Positions 12,970 to 25,277 of a DNA stretch of 64,000 nucleotides are shown here, one piece after another. Each line of letters starts with the position of its first letter. The stretch's first letter is position 1. A program made the position numbers and the translations under genes. The stretch comes from Amphiscolops sp. MND2022. Lineage: Eukaryota. The DNA lies in contig OZ076420.1 of the NCBI GenBank assembly GCA_964187785.1, positions 45,880,001 through 45,944,000 of the forward strand. Reading direction: 5' to 3'. The notes beneath the pieces were generated by a model, which was not told where the DNA came from, made no database searches, and saw only the letters and a program-made list of their open reading frames with translations.

Positions 12970-13485
12970 ACAGAACAAGACGGGAACGTCTAAAGTCGGC
13001 GGTATATCTAAGACACAAAAAGCGCAGATTTGAAATAGGAGTAGGACGTTTTCACGAAAAATTCATGTTTTCGAACCTCCGCCTCCTCCTTACAAAAATT
13101 CAATATAGTTCGGATACAACGTCAAAAGTTCGGATATAGCGCTTAACTCCGGATATCACGAGAGGGGACTTCAATAAGATTAAAGGGGGACCCTTTGAAG
13201 ACAAAAAATTTTCCAAAAAAAGTCTCACAGCGCCGAAAAAAATTGAAAGAGGACCTTTTAGACTTGTCTGGTTTTGTATGTTACATTTAAAAAGTAAAAA
13301 CTGAAAGGGGGACACTTTGCGATAACTTAGATGCGTTTCCCACGTATTCGTTCGTTTAGTTGAACAAACTGAACAAAAATTTTGTCGCTTCGAGTCTGGC
13401 TGAAAAAACGAGTACCTGTAATAGTCGGGCTCTATCATCAATAAAAGTGCCGACTAAAAAGCACTAATAAAACAGTGACTAGCGT
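12970..13485. repeat. Copy of an abundant dispersed repeat family; related fragments at about 1425-1500, 1800-2245, 13735-13790, 14700-15130, 29440-29860, 50100-50830, 57875-58245
   Basis: Shared motifs GGAACGTCTGAAGTCGGCG..ATATCTAAG, GGGGGACCCTTT, AAAAAAGTCTCACARTGCCGAAAAA and a terminal AGTCGG...CCGACTAAAAA stem-loop recur in these intervals. Confidence 0.75.
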
Positions 13486-15647
13486 TTTTCTGGAGTCTCA
13501 TTCGAACGTCTTTTTTATGTTCAACTTTTTAGGTAGTGTTTTCCCGGGTAACTTACAGAGTTACGACGTACGCAAAAGTCATCCTGACTCCTGATCTCAA
13601 AGGAAGTTTTACAAAAATATGAACAAAGGACCTCTCCAATTTTTTTGTTGTTTAGTTAGGAAAAATCCTTTCTTAGCCTGCAGAATTCCAGTCTTCATCT
13701 CTATTTAGCTTTGTGGATTTTGCAGACGTGAACAAGACTGGAACGTCTGAAGTCGGCGCCCTGTATGAAGCTCGAAAAGAACAAAATCTTATTAAGATTC
13801 TCAGGGTGGGTTTTGGGGCAATTGATGATTTTTCCGAGCATTTATGTAGGTGAATCCATACATGGATCCACCGACCCTGCTACTTTTCTATGCATCCAAA
13901 CACACTTTTTGTAGAACCCTTCTGAGGAAAAATTCTTAAGGGACCTTTTTTGAAAAGCTGCTGTAAGTGCTTTGTGATATGACACCAATTCATACTCGTT
14001 TCCAGTTACATCACTTCTAAAACGAACTCATGCCAACACTACAGCGGTACTTCAAATTCAATTATTGATGTTTTCAAGTCGTGTTAAACCTCTAGAGGCA
14101 ACAGAAACTGGTTGCCAGTTCCGTTCGAAATTCTCTATTTCATCTATATTCTGGATAGGTTCTTTGATTGTTTTTAACGCTTCGTCATGTTGAGGATCCG
14201 ACTGTTTTTGTTGTCATTCTGTGGTAAGGGTTTCAAAGAGGGTGCGCAAAAATACCAGACTCGATATATTACGTTTCATTTAATTAGGGCGACCATCAAT
14301 GATCGAAATTGGGTTTTGTTTATCTGCACTTTTTCTAAGGGTAACTTCATTCCCGTTTGGAACTATTCATGCTTAAAATTTTGACCTTATTCGCTAGATA
14401 TGGAGTACACCTTCTGAAGGAAAATGTTTCGAGCTACTTCGTAGGTCAGAATGGTGTAAGCATTCAAAAACAACTAAGCTCGATTTCCAGTAAGCTTGTT
14501 TTTAGGAGGCATCTGTAAATTCATGTATGAAAAGTTCCTCAAATTCACCCCAAAGTTGTCAAAACTATTTCCAATTTTTGACACTTCTGATGAAACTATG
14601 TGCAATAATATAAAAAAACCCGGATTGCTCAACTTTCCTAAATGTGCAAAGGACCTAGATTCAAGCTTTTACGATTCTCTGAGTGCCAAAAATTACCTAA
14701 AGAAATACGCCTGAGACTAGGAAACCACTTTTTGCCCAACAGGAATCACAAAAAATCCAATTTTTTGATTGTTTTCCGCTGAAGTTCTCTGATGGCGAAA
14801 CGAAGTACTTTTGCCAAGCGGAAGTCAGGTATGAAAGCAAGGGGTACTCTTTGACCAAAAGAAAGTTTCGGAAAGTCGCACAGAGTCGAAAAACTGAAAT
14901 GAGGTAATTTCCACAATCAAGAAGAAACCTCGCCGGTTCCATATGATCAACGGTAACAAAGAAGTCACCCTCAAGACTCGGGAAACCTATTTCTTTTACA
15001 GAAAAACCTCAAAAATTGAAAATAACGAAAAATGGTTTTCGAAATTTATTTTCAAAAAAGTTATTGAAAATGTTCTCTTTTCTCGGTGAGTGGCATAGTG
15101 CCGAAAAGACGAAAAGTGGCCAGCTATCGCAGAAATTATAAGTTAGGGGTTTCCTTTAAAATTGGCTAAAATGAATCAACGCTTTCCTTTTTTCGAACTT
15201 CTTCGAATATCTCGCTGCTCAGCGGGCGTCTTGTTTGATTCTCGCTCAAAATGCACCAATAAACTGCTGTAATTTTCTTCAGTTCCCTGCACAAAAGTTC
15301 TCCTACAGTAATTTTTAGAATTGGACGAAAGTATACTTAATGAGAGTATCGGACTGATCTCCAAAGTCATATCATGCAATTGATCTAGTTGATATACACC
15401 AAAAGTGATATAATGTATCTCTCGATTAACGTTTTCTCGGAACCATTACGAATTGTTTGAAATTACCATTGTGTCTTAGGTGAAAGTTCAGACGCTTCAC
15501 AAAACATTGCAAGCCAAGCCACTGATGAAGCAAACGAAGTTCCAAGTTCAATATCGATGCCAGAGATGCTTACAGAAGCAAGTTGTATCCTGAAATCTAA
15601 TGCTATCTTCAGAAGAAGGGGCATCGATAAGCAACTGAATTTACACT

Positions 15648-17190
15648 TGTCGCAGGCTACCGCCTGCGATGGCCTACTTTATCAAGTCACCCCGGAAGAC
15701 GACATTAATATTCCAGGACCAGGAGTCCTACCGATCTACTGAAACTCTCAAAACTTACATAACATATTAGTGAGTATTGCTATCTTACTAAACAAATGTT
15801 TTTTCACGTTGTTATGGCGCTTATTTTGATAAAACATGCAATTTTTCTAAACACTCTGACCTAAGGTCAGTTTGACCGCAACCATTTACTTTTATTATTA
15901 TTTTATATACTGATATGTAAAAACGTTGATGAACTATTTTGTCTATTGTGAACCAATCCTTTCATACAAATATGCAATTAATTGCTTGTTGCAGTTTAGA
16001 AATGTAAATTAGAAATCAGTTGAATAAAGCAACGAACTGGTAAAAGTAAAGGAAACGCGTTCAACTTGTACAGCGCTGCCGTCAAGTTGACGCGTTGTCC
16101 CAATTACTTTTAACCAATCAAATTGCGCCAATAGTATCGTGCTAAAGTCACGCGGACGTTAGGTCCAATTTGTTATTGAAAGCCGTATAATACTCTCAGA
16201 AGCATGAAATATTACAGTTTGCATGTATTCATTAATATCTGTTTTGTTGTTGCTTCCATTTATATATTAGAGGACAAGTGACGTAATGTATCAGTTCACC
16301 CTAGTTTCTATTTATAGCCAATATTATGTCATAATTAGGTTGTTGCTATTTTTGATGATGACATCATTCATATTGTTACTCTATGACGTTCAAAATACTG
16401 AGTGTCATGGTGATAAAAGTATATAAACGACGGGTCCGATTTTGTAAATTCAATTCAGTACTGTTGCAACGATACACATACGCACTGTGAAAGTTAGACG
16501 AACTGTCCAATTTACTCTTAAAACGCAAATCTCTCATTATATAGTCTTCAACTAGAAAGCAGAAAGCCAGAGAAAAGCGCTCAAGACAATCTGACGTAAT
16601 GTCCGACATTGAAAACTTAGATGTAATGTTGGGAAATTACCAGGAAGATGATCAAGTTAGAGATGAAGATATTAGGAAAACTGATTTTGACTTAGAGTCA
16701 AGGAGACCTCAGAGAGAAACTAATTCAATTAGTGGAAACTTTAGGTCAATATTGAATATTATTGCGAGTGAGAATAGTGAAATTACAGTTGAAACCAGTA
16801 GAGCAATAAATTCAGAAATTTCTTCGCAAATGTCTAGGAAATTAGAAGAAATGAGATCAGATCTTAATTCGCATATTCTGAATGCAATTGACTCTGCAAT
16901 TGAAGAAAAGGTGATTCCCAGCATCAGGATAGCATTGGAAAGTCAAAATTCAACAAAAAATACAAATACGGACCTTCGGTCAGATGGACCTCATCCGAGT
17001 ACTTTTGGTCAAGTACGTCCGCAAAGGGACCTTAGGTCAGTTGGACCTCAGCAACAAATTGCTGGAAAAGCGTCCCAGGATGCTAAGAAAGACTTCCCTA
17101 GGTTAGTAACGACGAGTAGTAACCAAATAAATCATCAAAGAGAGAATTCAGTAGATTCTTTTGGGAGTGATGATGAATCTGGTTACGACA
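15648..17190 (+). repeat. 5' LTR (1543 bp)
   Basis: Near-identical to 25186-26727; roughly 35-40 differences counted by eye (about 2-3%). Confidence 0.95.
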
Positions 17191-17231
17191 TGGTGACAGG
17201 AGTGGGATACGAACCCACGCATCCGAAGATA
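17191..17231 (+). other. Primer-binding site complementary to the tRNA-Leu 3' end, extended to at least 41 nt
   Basis: The reverse complement TATCTTCGGATGCGTGGGTTCGTATCCCACTCCTGTCACCA reads as variable arm + T-arm + acceptor strand + CCA of a type-II (Leu) tRNA. Confidence 0.88.
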
Positions 17232-17238
17232 CAGCATG

Positions 17239-18727
17239 AATTATTACCCAGGAATTGCAAAAATCGTCAACAAATGGGTACAAGGGTGTGAAATCTGTAT
17301 AAAAGACAAAAGGATCCAAAATGCATCGATAACACCAGAATTACTCAACTTGCCTGAATGGGACCTCGGAAGATGCCCTACAAATTGATCTTCTACCTAA
17401 CCTACCACCAAGTGGAGTATACGAAAACATCATTACGGCCCTAGATGTTTTTTCAAGATACCTTTTCGCCTATCCAGTAACTGACGCCTCAGCCACTAGT
17501 ACAGCAAAAGTACTTATTGATATAATGACCAGACACACATACCTACTAACTACGCTGATTACCGACGAAGGAACAGCATTTACGTCCTGCCTAGTTGACG
17601 AAACTGCAAAAATCCTAGGTATTCAAATAAAGTGTGCAACGACGAAACATCCTCAAACGATTGGTAAACTAGAACGCACTCATGCAAGTCTTAAAGGAAA
17701 CCTTAAAATGGCATCAGGTGAATATCGACGACAATGGCACAAATATCTACCATTGGCAGTCCTCAATTATAACACGACCTATCATTCAAGCCTAGGATGT
17801 GAACCTTCCAGAATTTTTCATGGCAGGATACCGTATAATATCCTAGACCACAGGTTAGGACTCAATCCTAACCCAAAAATCTTACCTACAACTGATTTTG
17901 CAGAAGAATTTCTAAGGCGCACGCAAATACTTACAGACAAAACAAAGAAAAACATAATGCAATCCTACCTAAAGTACAAGGAATACTATGACCGGAAGGC
18001 TAAGGCAGCCCCATTGGGACTCGGCGACTACTGTTTCATTTTGCAACCACTAGCTGACCATCAAGGCTCTAAAATTCCATTCCGGAAGTTCCGGTGGATT
18101 GGACCTTATGTCATCGAAAAGGTCCTCCCCAACGAGAATTCCATAGTACGCAAACTCAATTCTAACAAAACACAGATTTTACATCGAATCCGATTACGAA
18201 AATACACGCCAAACGCTACTCTACAAGACAATCGCCCGGAAGGCAATCTGCAAGCGGATGACGAAATCATCAACCCTCAAGACGATTTATATATTATTTC
18301 ATGGGAAACGGATTTTGACGAATTTCCTACATTTGATGCTTCAAAAAGCAAGTCGGCCGAGTTTTTAGCTGATTCTGATCAACAGGACGCTATAATTACA
18401 GACTTGGACCTGCGGTCCAACCGACGCGATGAAAATACCGATGACGCTACTCCTGGACAACGTGGAAATGAAAACAGCGATGAGGACCTTAGGTCAACTC
18501 GACCGCAGCAAGATACTGATTCAGAAATTGGTGAAACGACTTCTAAACGCCCTTCAGATGAGGAAGAATCGGAATTTTTCGATTCTAGAGGCAAGGATAT
18601 AATCGTGCCCGATTTATCAAGCGATGAAAATGAGGAAATGGTTGTAGAAAATGAAAGTCCCAGGGGAGGGAAATATATTTTACGTCCCAGCCCGACTCCA
18701 AACTTTAGTGATGAATACAGATACTAG
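17239..18727 (+). pseudogene. Gypsy integrase (truncated zinc-binding domain, DDE core, GPY motif, acidic tail); one frameshift near 17370
   Basis: YYPGIAKIVNKWVQGCEIC; QIDLLP; ITDEGTAF; GKLERTH; IGPYVIEKV. Confidence 0.92.
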
Positions 18728-18880
18728 CAAAAGAAAGTAAATTCGCTACACCCCCTGATTTTTACTGAAATGGACTCTTGGGGGGCTTTGACTAACTATC
18801 GACTTTTTATAACTCATCAAAGACTGAACATCTATATCAAACATAAACACAAGAAAAGTTCACAAATATACAAAATACAA

Positions 18881-21800
18881 TTAGGATTTACTACATCCAG
18901 CAACTAGATCTTCTGCAGAACGGGTCAACTCAGATTCACTCAGCAACTGTGTGGTTTTCTTCATCAGTGACCCATGTTTCTTCTTCTTGGTCTTACTGCC
19001 ACTGGAAGATTCAGACTCAAGATCCACTGGTGGCGCGGGTTGAAATGAACCTTTAGGGTCCAACTGCTCCAAAAGCTTAGTCCGTCCAAAATAGTCGACG
19101 CTCAACCAAGGACAATACACGTCACTTAGCCCATGTGTCCCAAATTTTGGCTCTAGCAGAAGGAATTTAGAAATAGACTGCTCGGAAGTAACGGTCTCCA
19201 CTCCTCGAGGAACGTTGCGGAAATATGATTGCACTGGCAGTATCACGTCAACTTGACTGCAGGTCTGATCTTCAGTATTAATCGAGCCGAAAGTAACAAC
19301 TGGCAAGCTCTCAAAGGGTTCATCCAAGCAAAGGCAGGCAAGGCGAAACAGCTTATACAATAATGGACGACTGGTCAATGATACCTGAGCTACTAAAAAA
19401 TCGACAGTGTCTTTCACGAAGAGGGTAGGCTGTATCAGCTCAGGAAAAGTCTGACGCATCACGTCAACGAAGGAACGATACTCTTCAGAGCAGGGACACT
19501 CTTGATCAAGGGAGAAATAGCTGCTGAGTCGGAAACTCGTGAATAACTGTCTGTGGCAGTACATGGCATGTTCAATGGACCCAGTCAAAAAAGGTTCAAG
19601 GTCAAACAAACCCAGTCCTCTCACCAGATCAGTGGTCAAACTAGTTTGATGCTGCATTGAATTGAAGAGATGTGTGACGTAACTCCGTGCAGCTCGTCCA
19701 AAATCTTCCTTATGCTTGCCAGACAGGGCATCTAGAGGCAAGCCATCAGTCTGCTTGTCCTTTACGTCACGCTCAGCTTTGGCCTTACATGCGCTGTCTA
19801 GTTTTGTGCCCAGCTTGATCCGAGTTATAATTTCAGACACACTAAGTGCAGCGACTCGCTTTAGGTCCAGTTCCAAGATCTCTGACCATTGGTCCTCAGA
19901 AGGGATTCCTTTGAGACTGGCACATCTGCGGGCAAATTTGAGGAGATACTGGCAAAGTTGGCGGAAAGTATAAAACCCTCGGTCTCTGCGGCCTGACAAG
20001 CTGATGGAGAAACTCGTTGCATCTAAACATCATAAATATTAAACGATATTGGTTAGGGTGCTATTCCCAAGCAGGAGAAAACTTGACTAACAATCACGTG
20101 CGCGTTTTTGGAACAACTTCAATTTACAGGTGAATGAATCGTCACACAATATGGACCATTCCAAATTCTGAGGCTAGAATAGAACAAGACTATAATTAGC
20201 AGATTATTCAATTAAAGACCTGAAGTCATAATGACCACATCAATTTACCTGCTTGGACACTCCCATCATGGGATAGTACAGAGAGTGAGTGGTTAGGAAT
20301 TCGGTAACAGAGCTCCAGTTGTTCAACACTTCGCGGCATAGAATGTGAAGCTTCAAAACATCAAGTCGACAATCGCGAATGGCCTAAACCGGAGATCAAT
20401 TTGAGACTTATTGTAAAGAGATATATAAAACAAGGACAGCAGTGATGCTAGCCCTAGCCAATTCGGGGTTAACGAGAATCCACTCTAGATCAAGACTTCC
20501 TCCGAGGCAAACGACAATGTACTTGATCACAGCATAGAAGTTTATTCTCCCGAAAACGCTGTAGCTCTTCTTATGCATGACCTTCTCCAAAGAAATTTCC
20601 TCAACGCGCTTTCTGCTCTGGACGGGCAGTGAGAAAAGGGGACACTCATCTAGTAACTGCACTAAAGATTGGGTACAGCCACTACAACACACAGGACTAG
20701 CGCGGGGAGAAATTGCTGCCAAGAGGTAAGACAATAGGCACAACCCTGTTGAGGTCTGCCCGACCGTGCGTCCAGTTCTTCGGATCAATACACGACACAA
20801 TTGACCCTCACGCCAAAACCGAAGATGGAGAAAGAGCATGGGCCCCTTCTGTTCAAACTCAAGTGCGTAGAACCCGCTGCTCAGCACGTGATTGGCCAAA
20901 TCTTCTAGCAATTGGACGAAGATGAAAATTGGACGTGATGAAATAGCACCTGCAGAACAACAAAGTACACGTTTAATCAAAGAAGAAGTCAGTGCTTGCA
21001 CTGGGTCCACTAAGATTACAGATAAGGGGTTGATGATATCACAAAACCTAAGTTGACCTTAGGACAAATTCACGCGAAATTATTATTTACAGACAAACGC
21101 TCTTTGCCCCAGTTGAAATCCGTGAACAGCGACTGGTGGTTAACAACCACCCCAATGTCCTTCCAAAGCTCACGTAGCGTTCCAAGGTTCCCGAAAGTCG
21201 GCGAAGCGTGGCCCAAGATGGAGATCTGAACCCTGACGCGATTTTCAGAGGAAGAAGCCATATGGTCATGTCCCGCCATAAAATCGTCGTAGAAGGGTAA
21301 CTTCACGCCTATGTCTACCAACTCGACGTCAATGAACTTCGGTAATTCAGCTTCCAGTTCTAAAGGGGAAAGCAACTTCCCGTCTCTGCCCCGGACATGG
21401 TGGTGGACAACTTGAGTCACAGGGTCCACGACGCCAAGGTGCTCGTAGCGCCAACGTTGATCCTTGCGCAGATGACGCTCAGTAGCATGGTGACCTAAAA
21501 TTTCTTTTGGACCTCTGCCATTGATCGAGACGTTGCCCTTACAAATTTGACAGTAAAATTTGTAGCGGTTCCATTTAGGATCCATAGGTCCCGAAACGAA
21601 GGTGCGAGCCCAAGACATACCCTTGAAGTATTCTTGACGCATAATCTTGCAAGATCTTCCCACGCCTCGGTGCGAGGTTCTCGCTTTGGCCTTGGAGGAC
21701 TTCTTTGGGTGCTTTTTGGACTTGTCTCGTTGGGCTTCATGCTTTAACTCAGCCAAGGTTTGAGCGCCCGGGCTAGCACATGACTGGTTTGGAATTGGGG

Positions 21801-23184
21801 ACCCAAAGTCGCCTTGACTACAGCCCATAGGTGGAGGAGTGATCGCTTGCATTGACGAACCTTGACTGGATGCAACCTCATGCGAGTATTCAGTCCCCCA
21901 AAAGTCTGACTCATTCAGATCTGGACCACTAGTGTAGCTGCCTCCTGCGGACGTAAAACCACATGAAGTCCCTTCACCTTCTGAATCGGACAAGGGAGAA
22001 CGCGGAAAGGGACTCTTACACCGATCGTCCCGTCTGGTCGCACTCTCTCGCCCAGGCTCAACCTGCTGGCACGCATTACCACACTGTTGAGCATTTCAAA
22101 CGAGGAACGCGCAGTTTCATCTGCCACAACCATTAAAATGTGCTCGATCTGATCGCGATTGAATGCTACAGTCGGATGGCCTCGAGGAAGACTTATTGGT
22201 TGAGACTCAGAGAAGTATTTGCGGATGACCTCGCGGCTGGTGGCAGATAGCGTTGCCGACTTACTGGCTGCAGGACGCTCAGGCTCTAAATCAGTTCCGC
22301 TGGTCTTGTCACTTGGTAATCTCACTAGTCTCGGTTGGGGCGCTGTCAAAGCATCAGCTAGGGTAGACCGTGCGTAAGCATTGGAATCAGCGTCACTCTC
22401 AACTGGAGTTACTGCATCACTGTTTGTGGTTGCAAAGTTTGCCGCAGAAACTTGTCGGAAAGGGGACTTGAGGTCAGACTGACCAGACGCTTCAGGAACA
22501 GTGGATGCAATACTAGGTTCCACAGAGGAAATTTCAGCCTCCTCAATCACAGAATTGATGGTCACACGGTTTTTCTTCCTGTCAGGATCCTTGTTATCAT
22601 CTTTCAGGCTGGACTGCAGGTACCTTGTTGGCGGGTTAAGAGAGATCACTTTCGGGCTATCAGAACTTTGCGTGGGCTCAGGCGAGGATCTTCCAGCTTG
22701 GGGAAACAAAGTCAATTGTCCACTTTCACTCGATTTTTCCACCGAAGTGGTTTGCATCTCATATTCAATTAGGCTGGTCTCTAGCGCTGCCAATTTTCGA
22801 GAAATATATCTCCCACAACTTTCGTCAGACCCGCTACTGCTGAGAGCGTATCCTGGAGCTGGGGCGACTCATTTTGCGCTGGCGCAGAAGTGACACATGG
22901 TCCACTAACAGTAGCTTCAGTGTCAGGGATCGTCATTTCTACGTCAGTAGTCTTTTCAACAGACTCAGATTCAATGGATGGCTGTTCCTTTTGCATTTCC
23001 GGACTGGGTGGATCACCAGGCACGAGTTCGAGAGTCTTCGGCTCAGCTACCTTGGACTTGGTCTCATTGTTCTCCTTTGCAAGTTGAGACGTAGTGCTGA
23101 GATATTCAGTGTCATTGGAGTTCTCCTGACTAATTTCCTAAGATTCTACTGCTTGAGGAGTTGGTTGGCCAATTTGCTCAGTAT
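18881..23184 (-). pseudogene. Antisense, spliced accessory gene inside the Gypsy element: disordered N-terminus, BED-like C2H2 finger, hAT-transposase-like C-terminal region (about 1,300+ aa)
   Basis: Minus-strand exons about 23184-21091, 21009-about 20470, 20383-20249, 20173-20092, 20022-18881. The introns 20248-20174 and 20091-20023 are GT-AG and join in phase; the other two junctions are less certain. Contains CQIC-x16-HHATERH, frameshifts near 22797 and 22020, and one TAG near 23140. Confidence 0.75.
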
Positions 23185-24303
23185 CTAAATGAAAAGAAAT
23201 GAATTGACGCGGTTCACTTCCTGCAAATATGTCCATCTTACCGCAATTTCAAAGACTTCCGGAAGCAAGTTTAAATGTTCATGCTCAAAATGAGTTGTTC
23301 ACGATGGAGGAAGTAGCAAAGTTAAATGAAAGCCCTGATCAAGTTTGAATTTAACAACTTAAAGAACCAACCTGAAGGCAGTTCCATGACGGAAGGTCTG
23401 AATTTTCCTCGTTTAGTAGTCACCTTGTGTTTCACTGGAGTTTCGGGGTGTTTCCGTTGATGGAGATTTCTCTCCGCTACGTCGGGATACTATTAGCTGG
23501 GACGGTACTGTGATCGGTAAGGCACTTTCTAACTGACGTAGACAGCTACCAGTTTCACTTTAATCAATTGGGATGTAAAGAATTTGCAATACTCTGATTC
23601 AAATATCAGAATTAGACAGAAGTTGACCGTAAGTCAATTTGACGAGACTATAATTGTTCCACTATAGTCATGACTAATACTTTACGTAGTTATAATGACC
23701 ATTGGTCACATAGACTACACCTCTTTACTTCTCATAATTAGCACAGTGTACTTGAACTTCTATTTTCGTTTTACTCTGGTTAAACTAAAGCAAGACAGAT
23801 TATTTACCAACTACTTTGTAATTATTATTTATTAATTATGGACGTCGTGGCTACATGCAAAAGATTATCACCTATAACAATCATACCTATATATGCCAGA
23901 TAAATTTTCCTTGTTGCGGAACCTGCCAGTGAAGTACTCGGATCAATTTCATTTTCCTTTTCCCACCTTTTATGCGACTATTCTTTCACCATTAGCTTCA
24001 TTATTTCAAATTCGTCATCTTCAGCAGCCATTTTATGCGATTATTATCATCACGCACTGGGATTGGCTCCTTGAGTTGATGCCGCCGAACTGACCAACGG
24101 TCTTTGAAGAAATTTGTTGACAGAGAATTAACAACTATCACACTTATAACGTCAAGTGACGCCTTGGAAGAACTAAATGAAACAATATTAAGAGGCAATT
24201 AACAACCCCAGCCGATAAATTGGTTGAAAATCTTCTGCAGAACTAGAAAAGAATAAAACCTAAAAGGGAAAAGCTAAACGATGATCCGAGTAAATTCCCG
24301 CGC

Positions 24304-25277
24304 TTGTTTGCCGCTAAAATTGGGGTTGGACCTAAGGTCAGATGGACCGCAGAAGTTTACTTGCCTTACTATCATCTTGAAAACCAGTTGATTAAATTTC
24401 TCGAAAGCAAAATTGCGAAAAAGATACTTCTTCAACGATATACCCCTGACATGGAGTTACAATTCAACTGTGATCCTTACCCAAGGTCACTGGTAGACTT
24501 GAGCTACCAATCGTCAGAGGAAGATATGGATGTTGATTCCATAACCTCGACTCACGATGTGCTAGATTCCGTCAGTGATGATGACGATATTCAAGTCTTA
24601 GCGTGTTATCGCATCAGCCCTGAAGTTCCCCAACAATTAGTAGCAGGCCGTGCGATGACTCGGAAATCACTGAATGTCTCAACGATCCTTATTTGCCAAG
24701 CAGTGATCTAGCTGAATCAACAAGTACCTTTTCTGAACCGTCAAAATCCCTAGTGGACTGGTTTATTGGCAATCCACCGCCCTCCCATTATGGACAATCA
24801 ATTAGCAATCACCCAATCGCTCACTGTAGCCAGATTGCCCCAGTGTTGGAAACCCCCCTTTCGCCGCCGTTAATTGACCAGCAACCTACATATGACTCCC
24901 GCCCTGATGACTACCAGTCACATACTAGGGAAAGTTGGACTAACAATCCCCATATTACAGGACTTGGAACTAGCGTGAGCGGGACCTGCGGTCAGCCAAA
25001 TGACGTCTATCATCCAGGATGCATTGTGTGCGGCAAGAGTTACCCTGCAATCAAGGAGGAAATTACGCTGGCATATTTAGAGAGCACACATATCCAAGGA
25101 GAAACATATGAGACGAGAATGGCAAAGCGCTATGCATTTGAAGCAGGAATGTATGTGGGATCATTCATTCTTGTACCCCGGGAAGTGTCGCAGGCTACCG
25201 CCTGCGATGGCCTACTTTATCAAGTCACCCCGGAAGACGACATTAATATTCCAGGACCAGGAGTCCTACCGATCTAA
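24304..25277 (+). pseudogene. Sense 3' accessory ORF of about 325 aa (one frameshift near 24660) whose last ~30 codons lie in the 3' LTR; function unknown
   Basis: ORFs 24304..24711 and 24693..25277 join as ...GRAMT/EITECLNDPYLPSSDL...; CIVCG motif; the stop codon is inside the LTR. Confidence 0.6.
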
